Positions 8,905 through 18,750 of a stretch of 64,000 nt of DNA are shown in pieces. The notes under the pieces are model-generated. The model searched no databases and was not told the DNA's origin. It worked only from the letters and a program-made list of their open reading frames with translations. Source of the stretch: Planctomycetia bacterium (lineage in GTDB: Bacteria > Planctomycetota > Planctomycetia > Gemmatales > HRBIN36); assembly GCA_016795155.1 (NCBI GenBank), contig JAEUIE010000044.1:188224-252223 (forward strand). The letters run 5' to 3'. Position 1 is the stretch's first letter, and each line of letters begins with the position of its first letter. The position numbers were made by a program, and so were the translations under genes.

Positions 8905-10476
8905 ATGCCAGGCAACAGCAATATTATTCAATCATTCGGTACTCGCTTTCCACTTTCCAAAGTTGGAATCCTTAACCTATTTCTTTTGTCGCTACTCGCA
9001 GTCCCTACTCTCAACAGTCTGATTCACCAGTGGGAAATCAACCCTGATTACGCACATGGATGGTTCCTGTTGCCTTTCACCATCTATCTGGTGGTTCGAG
9101 CCCGACCATGGCTAACAGCGGATAAAACCGGCCTCGGATATGGTCTAGCCTCGGTAACCTTCGGTGGATTGATACATCTGTTTACGCTGGTCGTTCCCTG
9201 GCTACTAATTGATTATGTTGGATGGTTCTTCATCCTATTCGGCATGGCAACCAGCCTCTGGGGAAGCAGGGCTGCAAATCGCATTGCACCAATATTATGC
9301 TTCGGTGTGCTGATGTTCCCGTTGCCAGCGCCATTGCTGAACACCAGTGCCATGCTGCTACAGGACCTGGTTGCAATACTGACAGAATGGGCAATCAATT
9401 GTTTCAGTGTCTGTCTGCGACGAGGCCATCTGCTTTATCTGGCAGGTCTGGATGAGCCAGTTTCGGTGGCAGTGGAATGCAGTGGCATCAGACAGGTGCT
9501 TGTTTTTGTTGCAATCGCCTGGGGCATGTCGTTTTATCTTCGTAGGTCAGCATTACGAAAAGTGCTTCTGATATTGTCAGCTCTGCCGATGGCCATTCTC
9601 GCCAACATGGTTCGCGTAATGGCACTGACAATGATTGCACGTTTCTATGGAACTGCCAGCATCAAGGGGATGCTGCACGATCTGCCCATGCTGATTACGT
9701 TGCCCATCGGCGGAGTAATGCTCTGGCAACTCTTCCGCGTGTTGCAAACTTCCCATGTTCCAGAAAACACGTTGTCATTAAGACAGGAACCATCGCACCC
9801 GAAAAAACATTGGTTTCTTGTCATACTTCTTTCGTTTCTTCTGCTTTGCCAATGGGCTATTCAATATCATCTGCTGCAAGTGCCGAAGCCAACAGGCAAA
9901 TCCATATCGTTTGCAACGTTGCCAACTCATCTCGGCTCATGGACTGCTCATCCGCATCCCGAAATCGACAATGTGAAACAGAAAAGTGAATTTGCCGATG
10001 ATCTGTTTCTGCGAGCTTATGTGAATGACCTTGGGCAGGCTGCTGCGGTCTATCTGGTCTACTCTGCCACTGGCCAGGATAGGCGGCATCATCCAGAAAT
10101 CTGTTTGCGCGATGCTGGCGGTGCAATGGAAATCAAAAGTGATCGCATGCAGATTCCCATCCAGTCAAATGCTGGATTATATGCTGAACGCTTCCGCTAT
10201 GTTCGAAACAGGCAAACCACCACCGTCTACTACTGGCATTACACTATCATGCCAACTGAACTCAACACCTTGACCGCACTCCAACGTGTGCATCTGCGAC
10301 AACAGGAAGGCTGGCCCAGTGTTACCGTGCAGGTACAAACCAACATGGACGACCCTCATGCATTACGAATGATTGAAATCTCGTTGCTGCCGACACTGCA
10401 TGCCAAACTGCAAGAACTGTTGCCTGACAAAACCATTTCGGGTAGTGCCAGGTTGTCGATTCGTTTTCTACAGTAG
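8905..10476 (+). CDS. Exosortase fused to a C-terminal EpsI-family domain
   Basis: 523 aa, polytopic N-terminal half with exosortase signature residues (VAVECSGIRQ Cys, ANMVRV Asn/Arg, HDLP His). C-terminal ~200 aa resemble EpsI (LRAYVN...VYLVYS...RHHPEICL). Confidence 0.8.
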   Translation: MPGNSNIIQSFGTRFPLSKVGILNLFLLSLLAVPTLNSLIHQWEINPDYAHGWFLLPFTIYLVVRARPWLTADKTGLGYGLASVTFGGLIHLFTLVVPWLLIDYVGWFFILFGMATSLWGSRAANRIAPILCFGVLMFPLPAPLLNTSAMLLQDLVAILTEWAINCFSVCLRRGHLLYLAGLDEPVSVAVECSGIRQVLVFVAIAWGMSFYLRRSALRKVLLILSALPMAILANMVRVMALTMIARFYGTASIKGMLHDLPMLITLPIGGVMLWQLFRVLQTSHVPENTLSLRQEPSHPKKHWFLVILLSFLLLCQWAIQYHLLQVPKPTGKSISFATLPTHLGSWTAHPHPEIDNVKQKSEFADDLFLRAYVNDLGQAAAVYLVYSATGQDRRHHPEICLRDAGGAMEIKSDRMQIPIQSNAGLYAERFRYVRNRQTTTVYYWHYTIMPTELNTLTALQRVHLRQQEGWPSVTVQVQTNMDDPHALRMIEISLLPTLHAKLQELLPDKTISGSARLSIRFLQ

Positions 10477-10516
10477 TGTAGTAGAATGACTTTGACTTAC
10501 TTACATTCCACGCACC

Positions 10517-11338
10517 ATGCATCTCACCTTTACTCTTCATGGTCAACCGTACCACTATTACCAAGCTGGCCAGACCGGCCCGATACTTCTCATGGTGCAT
10601 GGGTTTCCACTAAGCCACCTGCAATGGCAGCCGCAGATCGATTACTTCCAGAAACAATGTCGCGTGGTGGTTCCTGATCTTCGCGGACTGGGCAAAAGCA
10701 ATTCAGGCACCGATCCAAACCTCACCATTTCCATGGAAGATCACGCCGATGATCTCATAGCCTTGCTGGATCATCTACAGATCACGGAACCCGTGATTCT
10801 GATGGGTTTATCCATGGGAGGTTACATCGCCTGGCAAATGCTCCGTAAGTACGCTTCTCGCATCAAGTCACTAGTAATGTGCCATACGCGTGTGATTGCC
10901 GATACGCCAGAACAATCACAGGCACGCATCAAGCTGGCTGCAGAAACTTGCCAGAAGCAGACAGCTCAGTTAGTCGAAGATGTCATGTTCCCCAGAATCC
11001 TTCCGCCGCATGCTCCAGCTTCACTGGTTGAACTGCTTAGAAAAATGTCACGAACAACAACGCCAGAAGGATTGGCTGCCAACCTGCGTGGAATTGCTTC
11101 GCGACAGGCTTCGGATGATCTACTGCCCAAGATCAATATGCCCGCCTTGGTCATCAGTGGCGAATTCGATGCCATCTCCTCACCCCAGGAAATGGGAGAC
11201 TGGGCCAGGAAAATGGCAAATCATCGATTCATAGCCATTCCAGGCGTAAGCCATCTCTCGCCGCTGGAAGCTCCTGACTTATTCAATCGACATCTTGAAG
11301 AGGCCCTTCCGTGGTTAACTGGACCGAAGAACTGCTGA
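10517..11338 (+). CDS. Alpha/beta-fold hydrolase
   Basis: 273 aa. HGFP oxyanion region, nucleophile elbow GLSMGG, C-terminal His (GVSHLSP). Confidence 0.8.
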   Translation: MHLTFTLHGQPYHYYQAGQTGPILLMVHGFPLSHLQWQPQIDYFQKQCRVVVPDLRGLGKSNSGTDPNLTISMEDHADDLIALLDHLQITEPVILMGLSMGGYIAWQMLRKYASRIKSLVMCHTRVIADTPEQSQARIKLAAETCQKQTAQLVEDVMFPRILPPHAPASLVELLRKMSRTTTPEGLAANLRGIASRQASDDLLPKINMPALVISGEFDAISSPQEMGDWARKMANHRFIAIPGVSHLSPLEAPDLFNRHLEEALPWLTGPKNC

Positions 11339-11955
11339 TGTGGGACGACCCGTTTGGGTTGGTCTTCATTGGTGGCGATCTCGAACCAGATTCGCTACTG
11401 GAAGCGTATCGACGGGGAATTTTTCCGTGGTTCAATGAAGATGATCCACTTCTCTGGTGGTCACCCGATCCCCGTGCCATCTTTGAGATTGATGCAGTTC
11501 ACGTCAGCAGGCGTTTGCAGCGGATCATCAGGCAGCAACGATTTACCGTCACCATCAATCAAGACTTTCCACAGGTCATGCATGCCTGCAGCCAGCGTGA
11601 GGAAGGTACCTGGATCACGTCTGACATGTTCGCTGCCTATTGCAAGCTGCACGAACTCGGCTTCGCCCACAGTGTGGAAGCTTGGGATCACGGAGTTCTT
11701 GCTGGTGGCATTTATGGCGTTGCCCTGGGAGGATTTTTTGCAGCGGAATCCATGTTTCATTCAGTCAGCAACGCCGGCATGGTGGCATTTGCAGCACTGG
11801 TTGATCGCTTGCGAGAACGGGGATTCCATATGTTTGATACGCAGATCGCTACCGATCACACCAGACAACTCGGAGCAATTGACATTCCACGCACCGCATA
11901 TCTACAGCGGCTTGAATCCGCATTAAATGTCCGAACCCGATTCGATGACCGTTGA
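11338..11955 (+). CDS. aat: Leucyl/phenylalanyl-tRNA--protein transferase
   Basis: LLEAYRRGIFPWF, WWSPDPR, ...GESMF-like (AESMFH) motifs. Start set at the ATG that overlaps the upstream TGA (TGATG), rather than the track start 11311. Confidence 0.88.
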   Translation: MWDDPFGLVFIGGDLEPDSLLEAYRRGIFPWFNEDDPLLWWSPDPRAIFEIDAVHVSRRLQRIIRQQRFTVTINQDFPQVMHACSQREEGTWITSDMFAAYCKLHELGFAHSVEAWDHGVLAGGIYGVALGGFFAAESMFHSVSNAGMVAFAALVDRLRERGFHMFDTQIATDHTRQLGAIDIPRTAYLQRLESALNVRTRFDDR

Positions 11956-13488
11956 TTTCGTACGTCGAGCGTTCAACTTGCGGCGAATCAACGAGATAAC
12001 ATGCATCATCTCACTTTTCATGGTCAGATAAAAGAATGCCGCGGTAGCAAGAAACGCCAACGGAACGCACCAGGGTCGCCAGGCATCTGGTGTATAGGCA
12101 GATGCAAGCGACATTGCGAGAAGCCAGGAAAACGCTGCCAACTGTACGACAATGGCGAACCATGTGAGATATCCTGATCGAAAAAGGATCAGCGATGTTA
12201 CACTCAAACTGAGAAATGTACCGATAAAGTAGGCTAATCCGATTCCGATTGCTCCCCAATCCTTGAGCAACCAGGTAATGGCAATTAACAGAACCCCGAA
12301 CAGAATCTGAATCAGATTCTGCAGCCAAACTCGATTTAATGAAATTAAAGTCTGCGTTGTCAGCGTGGCAATACCACCATAAGCGGCGAAAGCCAGCATC
12401 GTCAGAAAGACATTCCAATCTGCTGCGAAAGTACGGCCAAACAAAGCCATAACATAGGGCCCGGCAAAAGCCAGCATGGCATGGATTGGCAGTATCAAAC
12501 AGGCTGCCAACTGAAAACTTCTTTCAATGGCACGCTGTGCTTTACGCTGGTATTGATGCCTGTCTTCCTGAGATTCCGCTCGCAATGCATGACTGACCAG
12601 CGATGTTACCAGGGGAACCATCGGCTGGGACACGACTCCACCCAGAAGGGTAAGCAAAGGCCTGAACTGGTCTGCAGCATAGAAAAGTGCGATTTGCATG
12701 CGGTTGGTGGCGTGCTCTACCAGGACAACACTGATCCAGCCTGCAGGCAGAACGATAAATCCCGCCAGCAAAGTAGGCAGGCAGAATTCAACAAGAATTC
12801 GCCGATGCGACCATATCGCAGACCAGGGTTCCCACGGCCAGGAAAGCAAATCCCAAGCCTGATACCAGGCAAGCAAGACAGTCATCAGGAAGCCAATGGC
12901 AGTTGCCCAGATAGCACCATCCAGCCCGGCCTGCGGTATCAGCCAGACTGTAAAGATCAGCATCACGACATTCTGACTGAACGATGCCAGAGTCGCAGCA
13001 CGATACCGCTGCATGCCGATAAGCAAACCCAGCACTAATCCGGATGGGGTTTGTGTTCCCAAAATCAAAACAGACCATCGTAACGGCACCAGTAGATCAG
13101 GAACTGTTTTAACCAGAAATGGCGCAAGGACATACAGCGCTATCATGGATATTACCGTAGTGGTTAATCCTACAAGCGTAATGAACTGACTGATAGCTCG
13201 CGTATTGGAAAGTGAATGATCGCGATGCATTGCGACAAATCGTGTAGCTGCCATGCCGAGCGAAAACCCGGCAATTTGAGCGAACATACCAATCGTAGAG
13301 ATGATGAACCCGTAACCGCCAAATTCATCGCCAGTTAAAGTGCGTGTGCGGATGATGGTGATAATCAAGGCAAGGACTTTGCCCGCAATATCCCCCAACG
13401 CCAGGATGATAGCTGCATAGAGCAACTGTTCACCTACGGAATGTGCTGGCTGAGATGTGGGAGGCGCTGAACTCAAGGGAATACTCAA
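11923..13488 (-). CDS. MOP-superfamily polysaccharide/oligosaccharide flippase (Wzx-like)
   Basis: 521 aa, ~12-14 hydrophobic helices, typical polysaccharide-biosynthesis-protein layout. Sits in a locus with exosortase and GT2 genes. Confidence 0.7.
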   Translation of the reverse strand: MSIPLSSAPPTSQPAHSVGEQLLYAAIILALGDIAGKVLALIITIIRTRTLTGDEFGGYGFIISTIGMFAQIAGFSLGMAATRFVAMHRDHSLSNTRAISQFITLVGLTTTVISMIALYVLAPFLVKTVPDLLVPLRWSVLILGTQTPSGLVLGLLIGMQRYRAATLASFSQNVVMLIFTVWLIPQAGLDGAIWATAIGFLMTVLLAWYQAWDLLSWPWEPWSAIWSHRRILVEFCLPTLLAGFIVLPAGWISVVLVEHATNRMQIALFYAADQFRPLLTLLGGVVSQPMVPLVTSLVSHALRAESQEDRHQYQRKAQRAIERSFQLAACLILPIHAMLAFAGPYVMALFGRTFAADWNVFLTMLAFAAYGGIATLTTQTLISLNRVWLQNLIQILFGVLLIAITWLLKDWGAIGIGLAYFIGTFLSLSVTSLILFRSGYLTWFAIVVQLAAFSWLLAMSLASAYTPDAWRPWCVPLAFLATAAFFYLTMKSEMMHVISLIRRKLNARRTKSTVIESGSDI

Positions 13489-13540
13489 ACAAGATATATC
13501 AGATTTGTTATGATATGGAGTCTATTCAACCGCATGACTG

Positions 13541-14029
13541 CTATGATCGAGATGTCAGAATGTGTCTGACCTGTTCCAACAAGTCTACGTAGGATTTTCC
13601 TCTGGCAGTCATCTGGATGCATCTGAATTGCACATCCTGAGGTTGAATGTCTACCTCCAGATGTTCTGGGGGAAGCAAAGGCTTAATGCGATCAGCCCAC
13701 TCTATCAGACAGACCCCTTGCCCTACGAAGTATTCAAATGCACCGAGATCTTCGAAATCCTGCAGTTGCTTCAATCGATAAGTATCAAAATGATAGATCG
13801 GCAAACGGGCCTGATACTCATGCAGCAACGTGAATGTAGGGCTGGTTACTTGGTGAGGATCAGCAATCTGCAGCCCCTTGGCTATGCCCTGAGTTAGCAG
13901 TGTTTTTCCCGCACCCAGGGGACCCTTGAGTGCCAGAACGCTGCCTGGAAATAACTGTTCACCCAGACATATACCCAAACGCAGTGTCTGCTCAGGCGAG
14001 TGACTGACATACTCCCATGATTGCGTCAT
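13541..14029 (-). CDS. tsaE: tRNA t6A37 biosynthesis ATPase TsaE
   Basis: 162 aa. GPLGAGKT Walker A, SPTFTLLHEY, HFDTYRL motifs. 4-nt overlap with the upstream permease gene. Confidence 0.9.
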   Translation of the reverse strand: MTQSWEYVSHSPEQTLRLGICLGEQLFPGSVLALKGPLGAGKTLLTQGIAKGLQIADPHQVTSPTFTLLHEYQARLPIYHFDTYRLKQLQDFEDLGAFEYFVGQGVCLIEWADRIKPLLPPEHLEVDIQPQDVQFRCIQMTARGKSYVDLLEQVRHILTSRS

Positions 14030-15675
14030 GTTACCGCGACCACCTGCTTGTCTGGTTCCTGTGGAGATTGCTCAGGCACATCTGTCGCATGCAGTAGTTT
14101 CTTCAATTTCTGAACTCGATTGGTTCGAACACGAATCCATTTCCAGGTGAACATCCAGAGGAAAACCGAGAAGACAGCGTAGGCAGCAATCAATGGATAG
14201 GGTGACACTTGAAAGATCGCACGATCCGAATCGGTCATGCCCCAGCGAAATACCTGGGTAACAGGTGTTGCATACAGAAGGAATTGGCCAAGATCGTTAT
14301 ACTCTTTCATTCGTGGCTGGCTTAAGATGGCTCCAATCATGACCGGCGCCAATAGGAAAAAGAGCAACACCATAATGAAGTAGGCTGCAGCATACTTGCG
14401 GGATATGAGTTGAAATGCCTGGAACAACAAGCCAAGGAAGATAATCGTTGCCGCTGCGGTCAGACAGCCCTCCAGCAAAAAGCCGGGATCAGTAAGTCCA
14501 TCTGGAATTATCAGACACATCAAGCCTACGCCCAAGGTAGCGCTAAGTAAATTAACAGGCAAAGCAAGTGTATTGGGAGCACGATCCTGCAATAGGGAAT
14601 CTCGCACGAACTCGTGTTGCTTACGGAATCGCCAGATCCACGTCATGATCCAGTCAGCACGCGGCGTCAAGGTTACCAGGTAAATAATGGACACTGCTAC
14701 ATGAAATAACAGAAACAGTCCAACGAGTTGCTGCAGAGACTGCCCCGCTCCACCCAGTACCAGGTAACTGCTATGGCAACTTCCCAAGAGGCCTGCCAGC
14801 ACCAGATCAACCAGCAAGATGCAGAGATAGCCACGAATCTTTCCGAGCGGTGTCGCATCAACACACTCTAATCGCCGGGCCATGATGGTCAGAAAGAACC
14901 ATGCGGCAACGATGTGTGCTATCGGCGTAAAAACCAGGCAGGGAATACTCCAGGAAAACCAGTAGAACCGTGCGAGCCAGGGATCCTCCGCTGAAAAACC
15001 TGCGTAGGCTGTGAGAGGTGAAAACAAGGCGCCAATGCTGGAACGCCGGGGATCATGCAGATAACTGAGTGCATCGCCAGATGCAAACGAACTGTAAGTG
15101 AGCAGCCCCACCACTGCCATGAAGATGCCAAAGCCCGGCGCTGCTCCAGTGCCTTTGGCTGTAGTAATCTGCAGTGTGTTCTGGATGGCACACGAGCCTA
15201 ACAGAAAAAGAAAGGTTAAGAGTTGCAACCAGCTTAATAACAGTTCCACCAATCCAACACCTGGCACACCATTGAGCAGTGTGAACACCCCAATGGGTAT
15301 GGCAGCAATTGCCAAGAGGTATGACATCACCGGGATGCCAAGCAGTTTGCCCAACAGAATATCCCAGGGACCAACTGCTGCAATCCGCTGAAAGTCGAGC
15401 GTCTTGTTCATCACTTCGTTCTTCAGTGACCCTCCAGCCTGGCCCAGCATGAGCAGCCCGGAAACAAAACACTGTCCTCCAAACAGGATCAGCAGAAAAA
15501 TCTTGTGCGGGTTTGCTTTGAAATTGGGGATCAACGTAACGTAATACTGCCAGCCCATCAGGCCCATCACCAGAATGATGATATAGAGCGAAACATTAAG
15601 CAGCAGGTTGCCACGCCGGGCTCGCAGCATGAACGCTGTACCTACTAGTGGATTGTTCCAGGGTACCAATGCCAT
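14026..15675 (-). CDS. Polytopic membrane protein, probable ABC-2-type exporter permease
   Basis: 549 aa, >10 TM helices. 12 nt downstream of an ABC ATPase gene on the same strand. Confidence 0.6.
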   Translation of the reverse strand: MALVPWNNPLVGTAFMLRARRGNLLLNVSLYIIILVMGLMGWQYYVTLIPNFKANPHKIFLLILFGGQCFVSGLLMLGQAGGSLKNEVMNKTLDFQRIAAVGPWDILLGKLLGIPVMSYLLAIAAIPIGVFTLLNGVPGVGLVELLLSWLQLLTFLFLLGSCAIQNTLQITTAKGTGAAPGFGIFMAVVGLLTYSSFASGDALSYLHDPRRSSIGALFSPLTAYAGFSAEDPWLARFYWFSWSIPCLVFTPIAHIVAAWFFLTIMARRLECVDATPLGKIRGYLCILLVDLVLAGLLGSCHSSYLVLGGAGQSLQQLVGLFLLFHVAVSIIYLVTLTPRADWIMTWIWRFRKQHEFVRDSLLQDRAPNTLALPVNLLSATLGVGLMCLIIPDGLTDPGFLLEGCLTAAATIIFLGLLFQAFQLISRKYAAAYFIMVLLFFLLAPVMIGAILSQPRMKEYNDLGQFLLYATPVTQVFRWGMTDSDRAIFQVSPYPLIAAYAVFSVFLWMFTWKWIRVRTNRVQKLKKLLHATDVPEQSPQEPDKQVVAVT

Positions 15676-15687
15676 AATGGAATCCCG

Positions 15688-16617
15688 TTAACTGGTTCGA
15701 TGACCAGATATTTTCATGTAAATGTCTTCGAGATTGTCGTTCTTCACTGCCAGGGAGATCAGAGGAATTCCCTGATGCACCAGATGTTGATGTAGTGCAG
15801 GCAATTCCTCCCGAGCGCCGTGCCAGCGACCAATGATGCGCCCCTGCACCAGATCTACCTGCTGCACCGTCGGATGCGTTTTTAGAATGTTGAGAAGGGT
15901 ATCAGGTGGACCGAGGACTTCCAGCTCCAATCGCAATGCTGGTTGCAATTGCTGAAGAATATCAGTGACCTTGCCGCTTGCCAGCAATTCGCCACGTTCG
16001 ATAATCGCAACCGAGGTACAGAAATCCGCCATCTCAGTAAGAATGTGACTGCTGATCAGAATGGTACGACCCAACGCAATCAACTGCTTGAGCATTTCAC
16101 GAAATTCAATGCGCCCAGCCGGGTCCATTCCGCTGGCAGGTTCATCGAGCAGTAACACCTCGGGTTGATGAATCAGAGTCTTCGCCAGGCAAAGCCTCTG
16201 CCTCATGCCGCGAGACAGCCCTTTGATTTCAGCATCCTTCCGTTCACGCAGGCTAACCAGTTCAAGCACTTCGTCAACCAGCTTATCTCTTCTCTCCATG
16301 GAAGTGATGCCATAACAGCGGGCGAAGTGATCGAGATATTCCCAGACCAGCATGTCTTCATACACTGCAAAAACATCAGACAGGTAGCCCAGGTATTTGT
16401 GAACCTCCAGAGGCCGTTCGAGGATATCAATGCCCTTGATATGCACGCTGCCGTAGGTAGGCTCCAGCAGCGTAGCCAGTATGCGCAGCAATGTCGTCTT
16501 ACCTGCGCCATTAGGGCCGATCAGTCCGAAACACTCACCGCGAGGCACTTCTAAGGAAAGATTCTCTAATGCGACAAGCTGGTCATACTCTTTGCGAAGA
16601 TGTTTGATAGAGATCAT
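15688..16617 (-). CDS. ABC transporter ATP-binding protein
   Basis: 309 aa. Walker [10 protein letters not shown], signature LSRGMRQRL, Walker B LLLDEP, H-loop SSHIL. Confidence 0.92.
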   Translation of the reverse strand: MISIKHLRKEYDQLVALENLSLEVPRGECFGLIGPNGAGKTTLLRILATLLEPTYGSVHIKGIDILERPLEVHKYLGYLSDVFAVYEDMLVWEYLDHFARCYGITSMERRDKLVDEVLELVSLRERKDAEIKGLSRGMRQRLCLAKTLIHQPEVLLLDEPASGMDPAGRIEFREMLKQLIALGRTILISSHILTEMADFCTSVAIIERGELLASGKVTDILQQLQPALRLELEVLGPPDTLLNILKTHPTVQQVDLVQGRIIGRWHGAREELPALHQHLVHQGIPLISLAVKNDNLEDIYMKISGHRTS

Positions 16618-16723
16618 GTCTTAGCCTAGCATGTCAGTCTCGTGCATGACAATGAGAAAATAGGCAAGATGCAGGTCTTTGGAGCCACTGCCAGTTGGGG
16701 TTGCGTAGACAGGTAAACTGGCT

Positions 16724-17848
16724 ATGATTTCGGTGCACAATCGTGAGCCTGGCCGTCAGGGAGGATCGGCCCTTATGATGCGATGGAAGCAACCAGTGTT
16801 GATGCAGCCTGCGCTGAAGCGAGTCCATCGTCGACCAGCTGCCGCGCCACCTGCGCTGCGTACTCCACTGGTTTCCGTCGTCATTGTGAACTACCGCCGC
16901 TGGGATGAAACTACAGCACTTGTCGATCAACTCCTGCAGCCACGCCACATTCATCGCTTCGATATCGAAGTGATTGTCGTCGATAATGATTCTCAGCCTG
17001 ATCCTCTCGAATCAGAATTGCAGGCCAGAAAAGAAGTCAAAGTCATCAGGCTGCCTCGCAATGTAGGCTTTTCCGCTGGCGTGAACGCTGGCTTTGCCGC
17101 CAGTCGAGGCGATTGGATTCTGGTGCTGAATCCCGATGTAGTCGTCTGTCCGGGCTTTGTTGATCTGATGTGTGGCGCTGCCCGCGACTTAAAAGAAGAT
17201 GCCAGCCTGGGTGCACCCGTCGGTGTCGTCGGCTTCCATCTGCAAAATCGTGATGGCAGTTGGCAATTATCGACAGGCCGTTTCCCATCATTACCTGGCC
17301 TCTTGCTCGGACTTCTGCGTCCACGAAAAACTCGCAAGTACTTCGTTCCTGTTCCTGGATTAAGACAACGGGTGCCCTGGGTAACAGGTAGTTGCCTGCT
17401 CATTCGCCGTCAATGTCTGCGTGATCTGTCTGGCTTTGACGAGAACTTCTTCCTCTATTACGAAGACGTTGATCTGTGCCGTCGAGCAATTAACGAAGGC
17501 TGGGCAGTGTGCTACGAGCCACATGTTGCCGCCAGGCACATGGAGCCTTTGCAAAACCGCACACTGACCGAACCTCTGCGTGTCATCACACGACATGCAG
17601 CACTGACTTACTTCCAGAAGCACCTGAGCCGCTGGCACTTCCGTGGCCTGGCACTGATTGTGAAGTGGGAAGGCAAACTGCGCCGCTGGTGGCACACACG
17701 AAAAAATCAGACTCTTCAGGCTGAGATGATGAGTTGCCTGATTGAGATGGTGCAGTTCATGGAACGCAATGAAGAAGCACTTGCCCGTCAAACGCTCGAA
17801 CACATTCTCCGCCTGGCAGGCATGATACGTCCCAAATCACCTCAGTAA
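16724..17848 (+). CDS. Family 2 glycosyltransferase
   Basis: VSVVIVNYRRWD.., VVDNDS, GFSAGVN, YYEDVDLC (rhamnosyltransferase-like GT2). True start may be one of the downstream Met codons (MMRWK). Confidence 0.8.
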   Translation: MISVHNREPGRQGGSALMMRWKQPVLMQPALKRVHRRPAAAPPALRTPLVSVVIVNYRRWDETTALVDQLLQPRHIHRFDIEVIVVDNDSQPDPLESELQARKEVKVIRLPRNVGFSAGVNAGFAASRGDWILVLNPDVVVCPGFVDLMCGAARDLKEDASLGAPVGVVGFHLQNRDGSWQLSTGRFPSLPGLLLGLLRPRKTRKYFVPVPGLRQRVPWVTGSCLLIRRQCLRDLSGFDENFFLYYEDVDLCRRAINEGWAVCYEPHVAARHMEPLQNRTLTEPLRVITRHAALTYFQKHLSRWHFRGLALIVKWEGKLRRWWHTRKNQTLQAEMMSCLIEMVQFMERNEEALARQTLEHILRLAGMIRPKSPQ

Positions 17849-17864
17849 CTGCCGGACATCTTCG

Positions 17865-18737
17865 ATGCCTGTACTGTCCATCATCATTCCTTGCCATAGC
17901 CGTGTTGATCTGCTGCAAAAGTGTTTAGAATCCATCTTCTTGCATGCTGATCATCTACCATTGCAGATTATTGTCGTGGATGATGCGTCACCTTATGCAT
18001 CAGTTAGTTCCATTACTGCACTGTTTCCTTCCGTTGAATTGATCCGATTAGAGAAAACTTCCGGATTCTGTACTGCGATCAACTCTGGGCTGCGATTGGC
18101 AAATGCTTCCATCGTACAGGTTCTGAACGATGATGCCGAGGTACAGAGCGGCTGGTGGAAAGCGCCGTTACAGCGCTTTCAAGAAACCGAAAACCTTGGC
18201 TCAGTAGCCCCGCTTGTTCTGAACTGGAAGAATCCGAAAATCATCGATTCAGCGGGCGATGGTTATGATCCGGGGGGCTTCGCATTCTCCCACGGCAAAG
18301 GCGAGCATATCTGCCCCAAGTGGCTGACATCTCGAGAAGTATTCAGCGCCCCTGGCTCAGCGGCATTCTACCGCAAAAGCGCACTCGTCGAAGTGGGTGG
18401 GTTTCCGGAAGACTTCACTGCCTACTTTGACGACATTGAAGTGGGATTCAAACTGCGAAAAGCTGGGTATGTCTGTTGTTACGAGCCATTAAGCCGTGTT
18501 CTGCATCATGGCAGTGCGAGCCGTAGCAAACGCCCAAGCCGTAAATTAACGGAACAGTTGTCTCGCAATGAAGAGAGAGTATTTTTAAGACACCGAGCTT
18601 CTGGTCAATTCTGGAAACATTGGCCCCGACATGTTGCAGTGCTCGGCGCCAAGGCGATGAGACGCTGGGCCGATGGAACTCTGCTGCCTTTCTGCATGGG
18701 CAGAGCGCGGGCCTGGAGCGAGGTTTTGTTAAAGTAG
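17865..18737 (+). CDS. Family 2 glycosyltransferase
   Basis: LSIIIPCHS.., VVDDAS, GFCTAINSG, DDAE, YFDDIEVG motifs. Confidence 0.85.
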   Translation: MPVLSIIIPCHSRVDLLQKCLESIFLHADHLPLQIIVVDDASPYASVSSITALFPSVELIRLEKTSGFCTAINSGLRLANASIVQVLNDDAEVQSGWWKAPLQRFQETENLGSVAPLVLNWKNPKIIDSAGDGYDPGGFAFSHGKGEHICPKWLTSREVFSAPGSAAFYRKSALVEVGGFPEDFTAYFDDIEVGFKLRKAGYVCCYEPLSRVLHHGSASRSKRPSRKLTEQLSRNEERVFLRHRASGQFWKHWPRHVAVLGAKAMRRWADGTLLPFCMGRARAWSEVLLK

Positions 18738-18750
18738 TTACAACACTACA

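Noticed and set aside
11354-11926. 190-aa plus-strand ORF
   Set aside because: It is an alternative frame inside aat. The aat frame carries the diagnostic L/F-transferase motifs, and this frame is Ser/Cys/Pro-rich with none.
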